Source: a virus | Taxonomy: Duplodnaviria; Heunggongvirae; Uroviricota; Caudoviricetes | Reading direction: 5' to 3' (one strand) | IMG/VR virus record: IMGVR_UViG_3300023210_000016 | DNA: 15,744 nt | Shown: one piece after another, positions 1-6,805 of the stretch | Layout of the letters: each line of letters opens with the position of its first letter | How positions within the stretch are numbered: the stretch's first letter is position 1 | Made by a program: the position numbers and the translations under genes | Notes under the pieces: generated by a model | What the model was told of the DNA's origin: nothing | Seen by the model: only the letters and a program-made list of their open reading frames with translations | Database searches by the model: none

Positions 1-406
1 TTTTCTTCTTTGGTCTGAAGTTACCCATCTGTGGGATACCCGTTCCTTTGCGTCGTTTCTTGGCCTGTCTCAGCTTCTTGGCAGTTTCCTTATCAGTTAC
101 AAATTGCCATAACCGGTGCTCTCGTTTTATCTGAGTCCATAGCACAATAGTCACATCGTCGCCTTTTTCGGCAATAACTCTATGCGCCACTATCATGAAC
201 TCGCCTTCGGGCATTCCGTGATATGGTTTGCCTAGAAGATCAACCGTTCCTGCTATAGTATAGTACAACATGAAGAATGTCAAGGGAACCATTAACATTT
301 TTGCACCGAACCGAATATTAGACTTATACAAGATCAACAACAATACCACAGTGAGTGCGGACCACAGAGCTACTAATACACCGGTCGATGATACGAAAAA
401 TTCCAT
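1..406 (-). CDS. Membrane protein, third gene of the TolQ/ExbB-like cassette (3' end outside the window; not in the ORF track)
   Basis: ATG at 406 overlaps the upstream stop (TAATG). The frame stays open to the window edge: MEFFVSSTGVLVALWSALTVVLLLILYKSNIRFGAKMLMVPLTFFMLYYTIAGTVDLLGKPYHGMPEGEFMIVAH...KKRRKGTGIPQMGNFRPKKK. It has two N-terminal hydrophobic segments. Confidence 0.85.
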   Translation of the reverse strand, partial: MEFFVSSTGVLVALWSALTVVLLLILYKSNIRFGAKMLMVPLTFFMLYYTIAGTVDLLGKPYHGMPEGEFMIVAHRVIAEKGDDVTIVLWTQIKREHRLWQFVTDKETAKKLRQAKKRRKGTGIPQMGNFRPKKK

Positions 407-1047
407 TATTGCATTCCCCTCTGATCCGGATGTGGGGGTACTGCCCCTGCCGCAGATGATGAAATGAATGTTTTTTGATCTCTGTTCAGGTTCACTAGAT
501 TGCCCTCTTCGTTTATTTCGAATTGAAACGCGGTCTGTTCTTGGCCGGTCAATACCAAATTCATGTCGGTGGTTGCCACCACTTTGTATGGATTGATCTG
601 AACCAACTCAACGTGTATCGGAACAGGGGTGGTTTTCTGATCTTTGCGATTATACAAATGAATGTTCACAATGTATTTACATGGCAACTTGCTGCGTAAA
701 CTGGTGACTTCACGGTTCAATACAGACTCGGTAACAATTCCATTGATGTTCACCTTGTCGTTTTGCTGTCCGCGATCATCGCGATCCAAGTGCATATGCC
801 CGTTGTCTTTCTTCCGGAAACTCACAAATCCAGATGTCGCACATTTCGTCCACGTATCGATGTCGTTCTTATCGCCATCAGGCCATGACATGATGATCAA
901 GTATTCTGCTTTCTCTTCGGTGTCATCCTTCTTCGTGGGTGGATTAATCAGAATGAACGCCAACACAAACAGAAACACAAACCCTATCAATAGGTTGAAT
1001 AACAAATCAACAAATCCGATAGAACTTACGAACCGTTTATTTTGCAT
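406..1047 (-). CDS. ExbD/TolR/MotB-like single-TM protein with a YfaP/DUF2135-like soluble domain (213 aa)
   Basis: Start moved to ATG 1047 (MQNKRF), overlapping the upstream stop. The TM helix carries an Asp (FVDLLFNLLIGFVFLFVLAFILI), like the conserved Asp of ExbD/TolR/MotB. The C-terminal pattern SWPD..DID.W...HLDRDD.G...NRE......KYIVNIHLY resembles DUF2135. Confidence 0.7.
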   Translation of the reverse strand: MQNKRFVSSIGFVDLLFNLLIGFVFLFVLAFILINPPTKKDDTEEKAEYLIIMSWPDGDKNDIDTWTKCATSGFVSFRKKDNGHMHLDRDDRGQQNDKVNINGIVTESVLNREVTSLRSKLPCKYIVNIHLYNRKDQKTTPVPIHVELVQINPYKVVATTDMNLVLTGQEQTAFQFEINEEGNLVNLNRDQKTFISSSAAGAVPPHPDQRGMQ

Positions 1048-1540
1048 CGTCGTTTTCCAGCACAACCAATTGTGCTTGCGCCAATACCGAACATACCAAT
1101 CCGACCAATGTTGTCGTCAATGCCGTGCTCATACCAACTGCCATTTCACCAATAACCGCTGTCATGCCTACTTTGTCTGTTACATCCAAGTTCAGGAACG
1201 CGGACCCCAGCATAATCAAGAACCCAGTAACCGTGCCAATCATGCCCAATGAGGTCATCTTCTCGGCAACGAACCAGCAATAATTGTTGAACTGTGTGAA
1301 TACTTTGATGTTTTCTGGATGATCAACAATATCTGGCTGACACCGTGGCTTGATTTTACTCAAATACCCGGTGGTTACAGTAGTTCCTACGAACAATGCG
1401 AGGATAAGGAAACTTAGTTTTGTCTGATCCGATACCCATAAGAACTCAAATCCCCCGAATTGATATACCACTAGGGTAAAAAATCCTGTGAGCACGACCT
1501 GTACCCACCATTTAAACAAAGCACTATTTCCGACTTTCAT
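1037..1540 (-). CDS. MotA/TolQ/ExbB proton-channel family protein (167 aa)
   Basis: Channel-helix motifs GMIGTVTGFLIML and GMSTALTTTLVGL, plus N-terminal hydrophobic helices. Start moved to ATG 1540, which has AGGA 7 nt upstream. Confidence 0.85.
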   Translation of the reverse strand: MKVGNSALFKWWVQVVLTGFFTLVVYQFGGFEFLWVSDQTKLSFLILALFVGTTVTTGYLSKIKPRCQPDIVDHPENIKVFTQFNNYCWFVAEKMTSLGMIGTVTGFLIMLGSAFLNLDVTDKVGMTAVIGEMAVGMSTALTTTLVGLVCSVLAQAQLVVLENDDAK

Positions 1541-1553
1541 ATCTGATCCTATC

Positions 1554-1589
1554 AAAACGCGAAAAGGGGCAACACGTATGTTACCCCTT
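1554..1589 (-). terminator. Rho-independent terminator-like hairpin downstream of hsp20
   Basis: The minus-strand RNA reads AAGGGGUAACA-UACG-UGUUGCCCCUU, with a UACG tetraloop and one U.G pair. The CCCC arm is followed by UUUU-CGCG-UUUU. Confidence 0.75.
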
Positions 1590-1608
1590 GTACGCTCGTA
1601 GGTATTTA

Positions 1609-2076
1609 TTAATCTACAGACGTGATCTCGATTTTGCGAGGCAGAAATTCTTCTGGAATTTCACGCTCTAGGGTGATAAGCAATAGCCCATTCCGTGATT
1701 GAGCATCATTTACCTTGATATGCTCGGCCAAATCCCATGATCTGCTGAAAGAGCGGGTGCTAATTCCACGATGCAGGTACTCAGTATCGGTTTCTGTCCG
1801 ATCATCACGCGATTTTCCCTCAACAACGAGTGTGTTGCGGTCCAATGTGATGTCAATTTCGTCCATATCAAACCCAGCAATTGCCAGTTCAATGGTGAAC
1901 TTGTTGTCATTTTGTTTGATGATGTTGTAGGGTGGGTAGCTGGATGCATTATCTGCTTGTCCTAGCATCTTTTCCACCATGGATTCAAACCCAACACCGT
2001 GTTGGTTAAATGAATTCATAAATTGTGGAAGGTCTCTCGTGCGCAAAGTGCGCGGTCGTCTGTCGTTTCTTGGCAT
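1609..2076 (-). CDS. hsp20: Small heat-shock protein, Hsp20/alpha-crystallin family (IbpA/IbpB type)
   Basis: Motifs SYPPYNI, IELAIAGF, EYLHRGIS.RSF.R.W.LA, NGLL.I.LEREIPE and PRKIEI. SD is AAGGAG. Confidence 0.95.
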   Translation of the reverse strand: MPRNDRRPRTLRTRDLPQFMNSFNQHGVGFESMVEKMLGQADNASSYPPYNIIKQNDNKFTIELAIAGFDMDEIDITLDRNTLVVEGKSRDDRTETDTEYLHRGISTRSFSRSWDLAEHIKVNDAQSRNGLLLITLEREIPEEFLPRKIEITSVD

Positions 2077-2181
2077 AATATTAACTCCTTGTTAAAAAAT
2101 CTAAGCAAGTTTGGTCGGCACCCCATTATTGGCAGTGCCTGTATTTGTGTACCCGGATCATTCCGCAGTACACGAATTCTG
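2077..2181 (-). promoter_or_regulatory. ROSE-like RNA thermometer 5' UTR of hsp20 (three hairpins)
   Basis: The last hairpin pairs AACUU(G)CUU (2111-2103) with AAGGAGUU (2090-2083), hiding the SD. It contains the ROSE UUGCU motif and a bulged G (2106). Two more hairpins lie at 2147-2173 and 2117-2139. Confidence 0.75.
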
Positions 2182-2186
2182 TATTG

Positions 2187-2194
2187 TATTTATA
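2187..2194 (-). promoter_or_regulatory. T4-type late promoter motif TATAAATA upstream of the hsp20 leader
   Basis: Exact match to the T4 gp55 late consensus, intergenic, and just upstream of the structured leader. Confidence 0.65.
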
Positions 2195-2197
2195 CGT

Positions 2198-2335
2198 TTA
2201 ACTCAACGCATTAAAAAATGCACTGATAGCTTCACCGGCAATAATAGGCACATAGTGGGTGATCACGATGTATTCGCCAATCACGATTGCTACGCCTAAT
2301 ACAAGAAATATGCTGATTGCTTGTGTGTTAGTCAT
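2198..2335 (-). CDS. 45-aa hydrophobic small protein coupled to bS21 (not in the ORF track)
   Basis: ATG overlaps the rpsU stop (TAATG). It encodes MTNTQAISIFLVLGVAIVIGEYIVITHYVPIIAGEAISAFFNALS and fills the gap up to the late-promoter motif. Confidence 0.7.
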   Translation of the reverse strand: MTNTQAISIFLVLGVAIVIGEYIVITHYVPIIAGEAISAFFNALS

Positions 2336-2574
2336 TACATGTCTTTTCGGATTTCACGCAACTTCTTGGCCCAGCGTTTCTTCGCCATAGCCTTTTTGCG
2401 CTTACGAATGGTCGTAGGTTTCTCGTAGAACTGCTTGTCCCTGTATTCCATGAGAATACCGTCAAGCTGTACTTTTTTCTTGAACTTACGAATCGCTTTA
2501 CTGATGTCGCCGTTCCGTACAATGACGGATAAGCCGCGTGGTCGTGTGTCGCCTTGTTGATATCTTAGTGCCAT
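2335..2574 (-). CDS. rpsU: Ribosomal protein bS21
   Basis: VIVRNGDISKAIRKFKKKVQLDGILMEYRDKQFYEKPTTIRKRKKAMAKKR matches the bS21 pattern. SD is GAGGA. Confidence 0.92.
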   Translation of the reverse strand: MALRYQQGDTRPRGLSVIVRNGDISKAIRKFKKKVQLDGILMEYRDKQFYEKPTTIRKRKKAMAKKRWAKKLREIRKDM

Positions 2575-2604
2575 GTGTTCCTCTTTACTGTAACTAAGGT
2601 ACCA

Positions 2605-3015
2605 TTATATGACATCTGAGTTACCGTTGTCAACTTCTTTTCGCACAAATATCTCTAATGGATCATTCATTCGATTTTGATTGATCGGCATCCAATTATC
2701 AACGTTGCCGTACCATGAAGTCTTCTCCATCGATAACATATATCCCTTGAACACGCCCGTAATTGGTTGCTCTTGTGACCAGTATAAATCCATATTCAAT
2801 ATGATTAGGTCAGATGCTGCCGCCTGTTGGAGTAACCAATCAGTGTTCGAATCGTGGTGGCCATACAAATGTAATGCGTACGTGAGTTTAGCGGTACTGA
2901 GAAAGTCCGAGATTTTAGTGAGCCAGAACTCTTCCACATCCACCATTAAGATGCTCGGTTTGTTCACATACAATATGTCCGGTGGTGTTATTACTATCGA
3001 TTCTTGTTCATTCAT
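2605..3015 (-). CDS. Hypothetical protein (136 aa)
   Basis: Start moved to ATG 3015 (MNEQESIVITPPD), which has AAGGAAG upstream and an 8-nt overlap with the preceding gene. Confidence 0.75.
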   Translation of the reverse strand: MNEQESIVITPPDILYVNKPSILMVDVEEFWLTKISDFLSTAKLTYALHLYGHHDSNTDWLLQQAAASDLIILNMDLYWSQEQPITGVFKGYMLSMEKTSWYGNVDNWMPINQNRMNDPLEIFVRKEVDNGNSDVI

Positions 3016-3229
3016 AGATACTTCCTTTTTGTCCTGATAAGTTGCTATCGGTGCACGGCAAGTTATGATCGGTATGATGTGGGCAACGTTTGTTCCCGCA
3101 TATTTCACAGGCATATCTGAAATTACTCAGATCGCCGCGCATTTGTTCTAGCAGTGTTGTTGCTACACTGTTATCGTGGCGTTCTTTGCAACAGTTGATG
3201 CATAGGCATTTAACTTCAGTTCCATTCAT
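3008..3229 (-). CDS. Small Cys/His-rich, probably Zn-binding, phage protein
   Basis: CxCxxC at the N-terminus and CEICGNKRCPHHTDHNLPCTDSN..GQ.GS, a pattern I recall from other phage hypothetical proteins. It overlaps both neighbours. Confidence 0.75.
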   Translation of the reverse strand: MNGTEVKCLCINCCKERHDNSVATTLLEQMRGDLSNFRYACEICGNKRCPHHTDHNLPCTDSNLSGQKGSIYE

Positions 3230-3446
3230 GATATTCGTATTTATTGTCCATGCAATTAACTACATACGTGGCCGCATGGGGAAATTTATGACAGATACTA
3301 TATCCTATCAACTCGTCACCCGCATTGATATCCCTGTAAAATCCCGGTGAATGATTTCTGAAGGCACACGAGTCACAATCCTTTGTGCGATGTGCATTCT
3401 TGATTGCGATCACCAATTCTTCATCGGTGTACTGTGATTTATCCAT
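3216..3446 (-). CDS. Small Cys-rich protein (76 aa; alternative start 3455)
   Basis: CDSC plus two more Cys. ATG overlaps the upstream stop. Paralogous to 3439-3711. Confidence 0.7.
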   Translation of the reverse strand: MDKSQYTDEELVIAIKNAHRTKDCDSCAFRNHSPGFYRDINAGDELIGYSICHKFPHAATYVVNCMDNKYEYHEWN

Positions 3447-3711
3447 TGTAATCATACTTCCAATGAGTGCAATCTGTCACTAGTCGGCTAGGTGGCAAGA
3501 AAGTGTAATGACCCCAATGTGTATCAATTGCGCAAAATTCTGACCCGTTGTCGCACTTCGCTCGATATGAAACGTCTTGCTCTCTGATATTGCCTCGGGC
3601 CAGTTCTGTACAAGCGTTAAATATTTCTCGATGTTTACAAGACAGACAGTCGCCTTTCCCTTTGATCATTTTAATCAAAACTTCGTCTGAAACTACTGTT
3701 TTATTTTCCAA
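3439..3711 (-). CDS. Small Cys-rich protein (about 90 aa; start uncertain)
   Basis: TTG at 3711 overlaps the upstream stop and gives (M)ENKTVVSDEVLIKMIKGKGDCLSC, which is colinear with its downstream paralogue. Confidence 0.65.
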   Translation of the reverse strand: MENKTVVSDEVLIKMIKGKGDCLSCKHREIFNACTELARGNIREQDVSYRAKCDNGSEFCAIDTHWGHYTFLPPSRLVTDCTHWKYDYNG

Positions 3712-4996
3712 GGACGTTTTCACGTGACAATGCTTTCCTGATTTGGTCTTTTTGTTCATCTGATAGATCATCTAACTGTACACTACCAGCACGTAGGTCG
3801 TCAATCAAATTCGTCACTTCTTCTTGAACTTCTTCATCATTTCTTTCTTCTACCCATTTCTGACCACTGAAACGATACAGTTTATTGGGCATTTGATCCA
3901 CACGGACGTACATATCATCTTTGCGTGGGTTATTGGGGAATGCTGTCCCGAAATCTACTGCTCCATCCTCGCGGCGATCATGATCGGCGACTATTGGGAT
4001 AGGGTTAATGCTCGGGACACGTGGTTTCTTTTCGACCAGTTCATATTTGTTATTCAGGCTTTCGATAGCTTTATCACGCTTCAGTATCTCTTTTTGAAGG
4101 CGCACAACTTCGTGGTTCATCTCATTGATCTTGTCATTGTTTTCGATTTCAATGATCTTCTCGACTTCTTTGATAACTTCTACGGGCGTCTCAACCACTC
4201 GCTCAACGATACGCTCAACGAATACTTCCTTTTCAACAGGGACTTCGACACGCTTCTCCACTTCGATTTCTTTGATAACCTCGACTGGTACCTTAACTTC
4301 AATGTATTCGGTAACGGGAAGTTCGACCTCCACGATCTTTTCGACAATTTTCTCGACTTCGACAACTTTTTCAACTTCTACCTCTACGATCTTCTCCACG
4401 ATCTTTTCGACTTCGACAATCCTATCGACAACAACTTCTTTATCTCGTTCCACGATGACTTCGACTGGAACTTCAACGGTGACAATCTTTTCCACTTCGA
4501 CTTCTTTGATAACTTCGACCGGTACTTCCACGTCAACGAACTTGGTGACCTCGACCGGTACTTCCACGTGTCGTATGACCTCAACTTCAACTTCAACTTC
4601 AACGATTTTCTCAACTTCTACCTCTACTATCTTGTCAACTGGTACCTCAACATTGTGGTTGACAATCCGCTCAACGATACGGTCTGGCCCCTGAACTTCG
4701 ATCTCGACAATTTTTTCAACGATTTTCTCAACTTCTACCTCTACAATCCTATCAACTGGTACCTCCAGTACCTTCTCGACAATTGTTTCCACTTCGACTT
4801 CTTTGATAACTTCCACCGGAACTTCAACTTCGACGGGTACTTCAACTTCGACGGGTACTTCAACATATTCAATGATTGGGGGTGATAATGTTTCCACGGT
4901 TCGGATGACCTCAACCTCAACGATTTTCTCAACGGGAACCTCTACGGTTTCAGGCGGTAAACTCTTAAGATACTCTATTTCGGCTATTAATTCAAG
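3701..4996 (-). CDS. Val/Glu/Lys/Pro repeat protein with a C-terminal globular domain; probably the frameshifted C-terminal part of 4987-6801
   Basis: The track ORF starts at GTG 4897, but the frame is open upstream to the A9 run with no ATG/GTG/TTG and already encodes repeats (LELIAEIEYLKSLPPETVEVPVEKIVEVEVIRT). The C-terminus includes FGTAFPNNPRKDDMYVRVDQMPNKLYRFSGQKW. Confidence 0.8.
   Translation of the reverse strand, partial: LELIAEIEYLKSLPPETVEVPVEKIVEVEVIRTVETLSPPIIEYVEVPVEVEVPVEVEVPVEVIKEVEVETIVEKVLEVPVDRIVEVEVEKIVEKIVEIEVQGPDRIVERIVNHNVEVPVDKIVEVEVEKIVEVEVEVEVIRHVEVPVEVTKFVDVEVPVEVIKEVEVEKIVTVEVPVEVIVERDKEVVVDRIVEVEKIVEKIVEVEVEKVVEVEKIVEKIVEVELPVTEYIEVKVPVEVIKEIEVEKRVEVPVEKEVFVERIVERVVETPVEVIKEVEKIIEIENNDKINEMNHEVVRLQKEILKRDKAIESLNNKYELVEKKPRVPSINPIPIVADHDRREDGAVDFGTAFPNNPRKDDMYVRVDQMPNKLYRFSGQKWVEERNDEEVQEEVTNLIDDLRAGSVQLDDLSDEQKDQIRKALSRENVLGK
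4150..4945 (-). repeat. Degenerate coding repeats (EKIVEVE / VEVPVE / VIKEVE units)
   Basis: Includes an 18-bp tandem ACTTCAACTTCGACGGGT x2.4 (4821-4864) and an exact 19-bp pair TCGACCGGTACTTCCACGT at 4515-4533 and 4551-4569. Boundaries are approximate. Confidence 0.85.
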
Positions 4997-6801
4997 TTTT
5001 TTTTTGAATCTTGGTCGATGGTTGCTTCAAGTTCAGCTAACTTATTATCCAATTCTTCGATCATGTCGGCACTACTATCGGATAGACTACGTTCTTCGGC
5101 CAAATCATCGCGAACACCCACAAGCTCATTCTCTAACTCGATAATGCGATCAGCTTTAAGCTCATGACGATCTTGCATTGTGCGAACCATTTCAAGCTTC
5201 ACTTCATCATCTGCTTCTAAACCGATAATAGTATCCTTGAATTTCTCAATGGCATCATCATGATGGCGTTGCATCTCTGTGATCTTTTCACGATCTTCTA
5301 CAGGGATTTCAATGGTGATCTCTTTGATGATTTCGACAGGGATTTCGATCTCAACCGGAATCTCGACCTCAATGTATTCAGGCTCACGCGAACGTAAGGT
5401 TGTATTCTCGTCATCCAGTTCTACTAATGCGGACTCGGCATCTTTCAACTGTGATTTGTAAGAGTCACGATCAGCTTCAATCATATGAATATCATCTAAT
5501 TTGTGCTTGTATTCTTGTTCTTCGTGCTCTTCTTCTTCCTTGCGTTTTGCAAGCCTGTCTTCTATCGCCCATTTAAACGTCATGGTAGCACCAAGGAGCA
5601 ACACGATAGCGAATGGGTCAAATACAGCAACAATGACAATGATCACCCAACTCACTGCAGCTTCTAATGTAGACCGATTCGCATCTTCTCCATACACTAG
5701 ATCGGCGATGTATTTGATTGGACCAACTTCGGCCTCAAGCTTTCTGTGTCTGGATTCAATGATGAACTTCTCTTCGTTCAAGTCATCGATCTGGGCAGTG
5801 GCGGTATTGATTTTGTCCTCGAACGATACGATCTTATTATCAACATTGTCATTGGTTGTTCCAGCGGACGCATTGTATTTGCTGATATTCGTGTTAGCTT
5901 CCTTGATGATAGGAGCGATTGTTTCTCTGATCTTGGTAATACCAGACTGAACAACACCGATATCATCGCGTAGTCGTTTATTGATATTACGAATTTCACG
6001 CTGTGCTGATGCGGCTACACCAAGCTCGGCCTTCTTGGCGCGATCCATTTGATTGTTCAGGACTTTACGTTCTGGCTGTTGTTGCTGACGCAATTCTGCA
6101 CCTTTGGCCACTAGATCGGTGTCGCTGAATGCTCCGCGTTGAATACCACCTTTAGTGTATGCTTCCACGTCTTTATTCAATTCGGCGATCTTGTTCTCGG
6201 CGATCTTGATATCACGTTCTGCTCGGGTTCTAGCTTGGGCCATGCGAGTCTGTTGTTGCTCGACCTCAAGATTTGCCTGAGTTCTCAGGGATTCGATTTG
6301 TTGTTTTTCACGATTAATGCTTGGCTGAATACGGGCCTCGGCGTCTTCGATGCGTTGGCGTTCCCGAACAACCAATGAATCAATACGGGATGTTCCGCCG
6401 CCAGTGTTTAATCGTTCTATTTCGGTGTTCCAGCGTTGTATCTTCACTTTTTCTCGGACAATTGTTTCAGCAAGCCGATCAATCTTTGCTACTTCTTCAA
6501 CTGTTGCAGAAGTTTGTTCTATGTGAGCTTTTGAGAGATATCCGAATACACCCATACTGGTGATAAACATGATAACGATGACTGCGGTTGTAAGGTATGC
6601 TCTGGCGATCTTCGGTGCTCGATGCCAATACATGTGTAGCCATATCGTCGTGACAACTTTACCAAGTTCCAATGCGGAACCAAGAATAGCAATAGCTAGG
6701 GCCTTGGCTGCGAATATAGCAGTTAAGCCGAGAATGGAATAGTATGCTGCTGATCCAGAAATGATCAAAGCTACAGTAAGTAAGAGAACACCAAATATCA
6801 T
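4987..6801 (-). CDS. Membrane-anchored long coiled-coil protein (604 aa; 1033 aa if fused to the downstream ORF)
   Basis: Three N-terminal hydrophobic segments, about 290 aa of E/Q/K/R-rich helical sequence, a further TM (VSWVIIVIVAVFDPFAIVLLLG), then an acidic coiled coil ending DSKKNLN-stop. Confidence 0.9.
   Translation of the reverse strand: MIFGVLLLTVALIISGSAAYYSILGLTAIFAAKALAIAILGSALELGKVVTTIWLHMYWHRAPKIARAYLTTAVIVIMFITSMGVFGYLSKAHIEQTSATVEEVAKIDRLAETIVREKVKIQRWNTEIERLNTGGGTSRIDSLVVRERQRIEDAEARIQPSINREKQQIESLRTQANLEVEQQQTRMAQARTRAERDIKIAENKIAELNKDVEAYTKGGIQRGAFSDTDLVAKGAELRQQQQPERKVLNNQMDRAKKAELGVAASAQREIRNINKRLRDDIGVVQSGITKIRETIAPIIKEANTNISKYNASAGTTNDNVDNKIVSFEDKINTATAQIDDLNEEKFIIESRHRKLEAEVGPIKYIADLVYGEDANRSTLEAAVSWVIIVIVAVFDPFAIVLLLGATMTFKWAIEDRLAKRKEEEEHEEQEYKHKLDDIHMIEADRDSYKSQLKDAESALVELDDENTTLRSREPEYIEVEIPVEIEIPVEIIKEITIEIPVEDREKITEMQRHHDDAIEKFKDTIIGLEADDEVKLEMVRTMQDRHELKADRIIELENELVGVRDDLAEERSLSDSSADMIEELDNKLAELEATIDQDSKKNLN
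4996..5005 (-). other. A9 run / A_AAA_AAC slippery site linking the two ORFs by a -1 shift
   Basis: The minus strand reads TCA AAA AAA AAC TTG AAT TAA TAG. The -1 frame reads AAA CTT GAA TTA ATA GCC and runs into 3701-4996. Confidence 0.65.
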
Positions 6802-6805
6802 ACAG

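Noticed and set aside
662-1252. 196-aa plus-strand ORF over the TolQ cassette
   Set aside because: Fully antisense to two motif-bearing genes, with no motif of its own.
406-1540. Calling the cassette Zorya (zorAB), tolQR or exbBD
   Set aside because: Gene 1 lacks the long ZorA tail, gene 2 shows no OmpA-like or ExbD-like soluble domain, and no tolAB, tonB or zorCDE genes are visible.
2198-2335. The 45-aa peptide as an Flp pilin
   Set aside because: It has EY and a similar-looking C-terminus but no G/xxxxEY prepilin cleavage context, and the hydrophobic stretch precedes rather than follows EY.
3824-4885. Long plus-strand ORFs (353 aa F/D/N-rich; 189 aa S/T-rich at 4125-4694; 4803-5144)
   Set aside because: They are antisense shadows of the V/E/K/P repeat gene, whose restricted codon set gives few stops on the opposite strand. 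No SD or protein-like composition.
4150-4945. Repeats as a CRISPR array or diversity-generating element
   Set aside because: Units are multiples of 3 nt, degenerate and in-frame coding, with no constant repeat/unique spacer pattern and no cas or RT gene.
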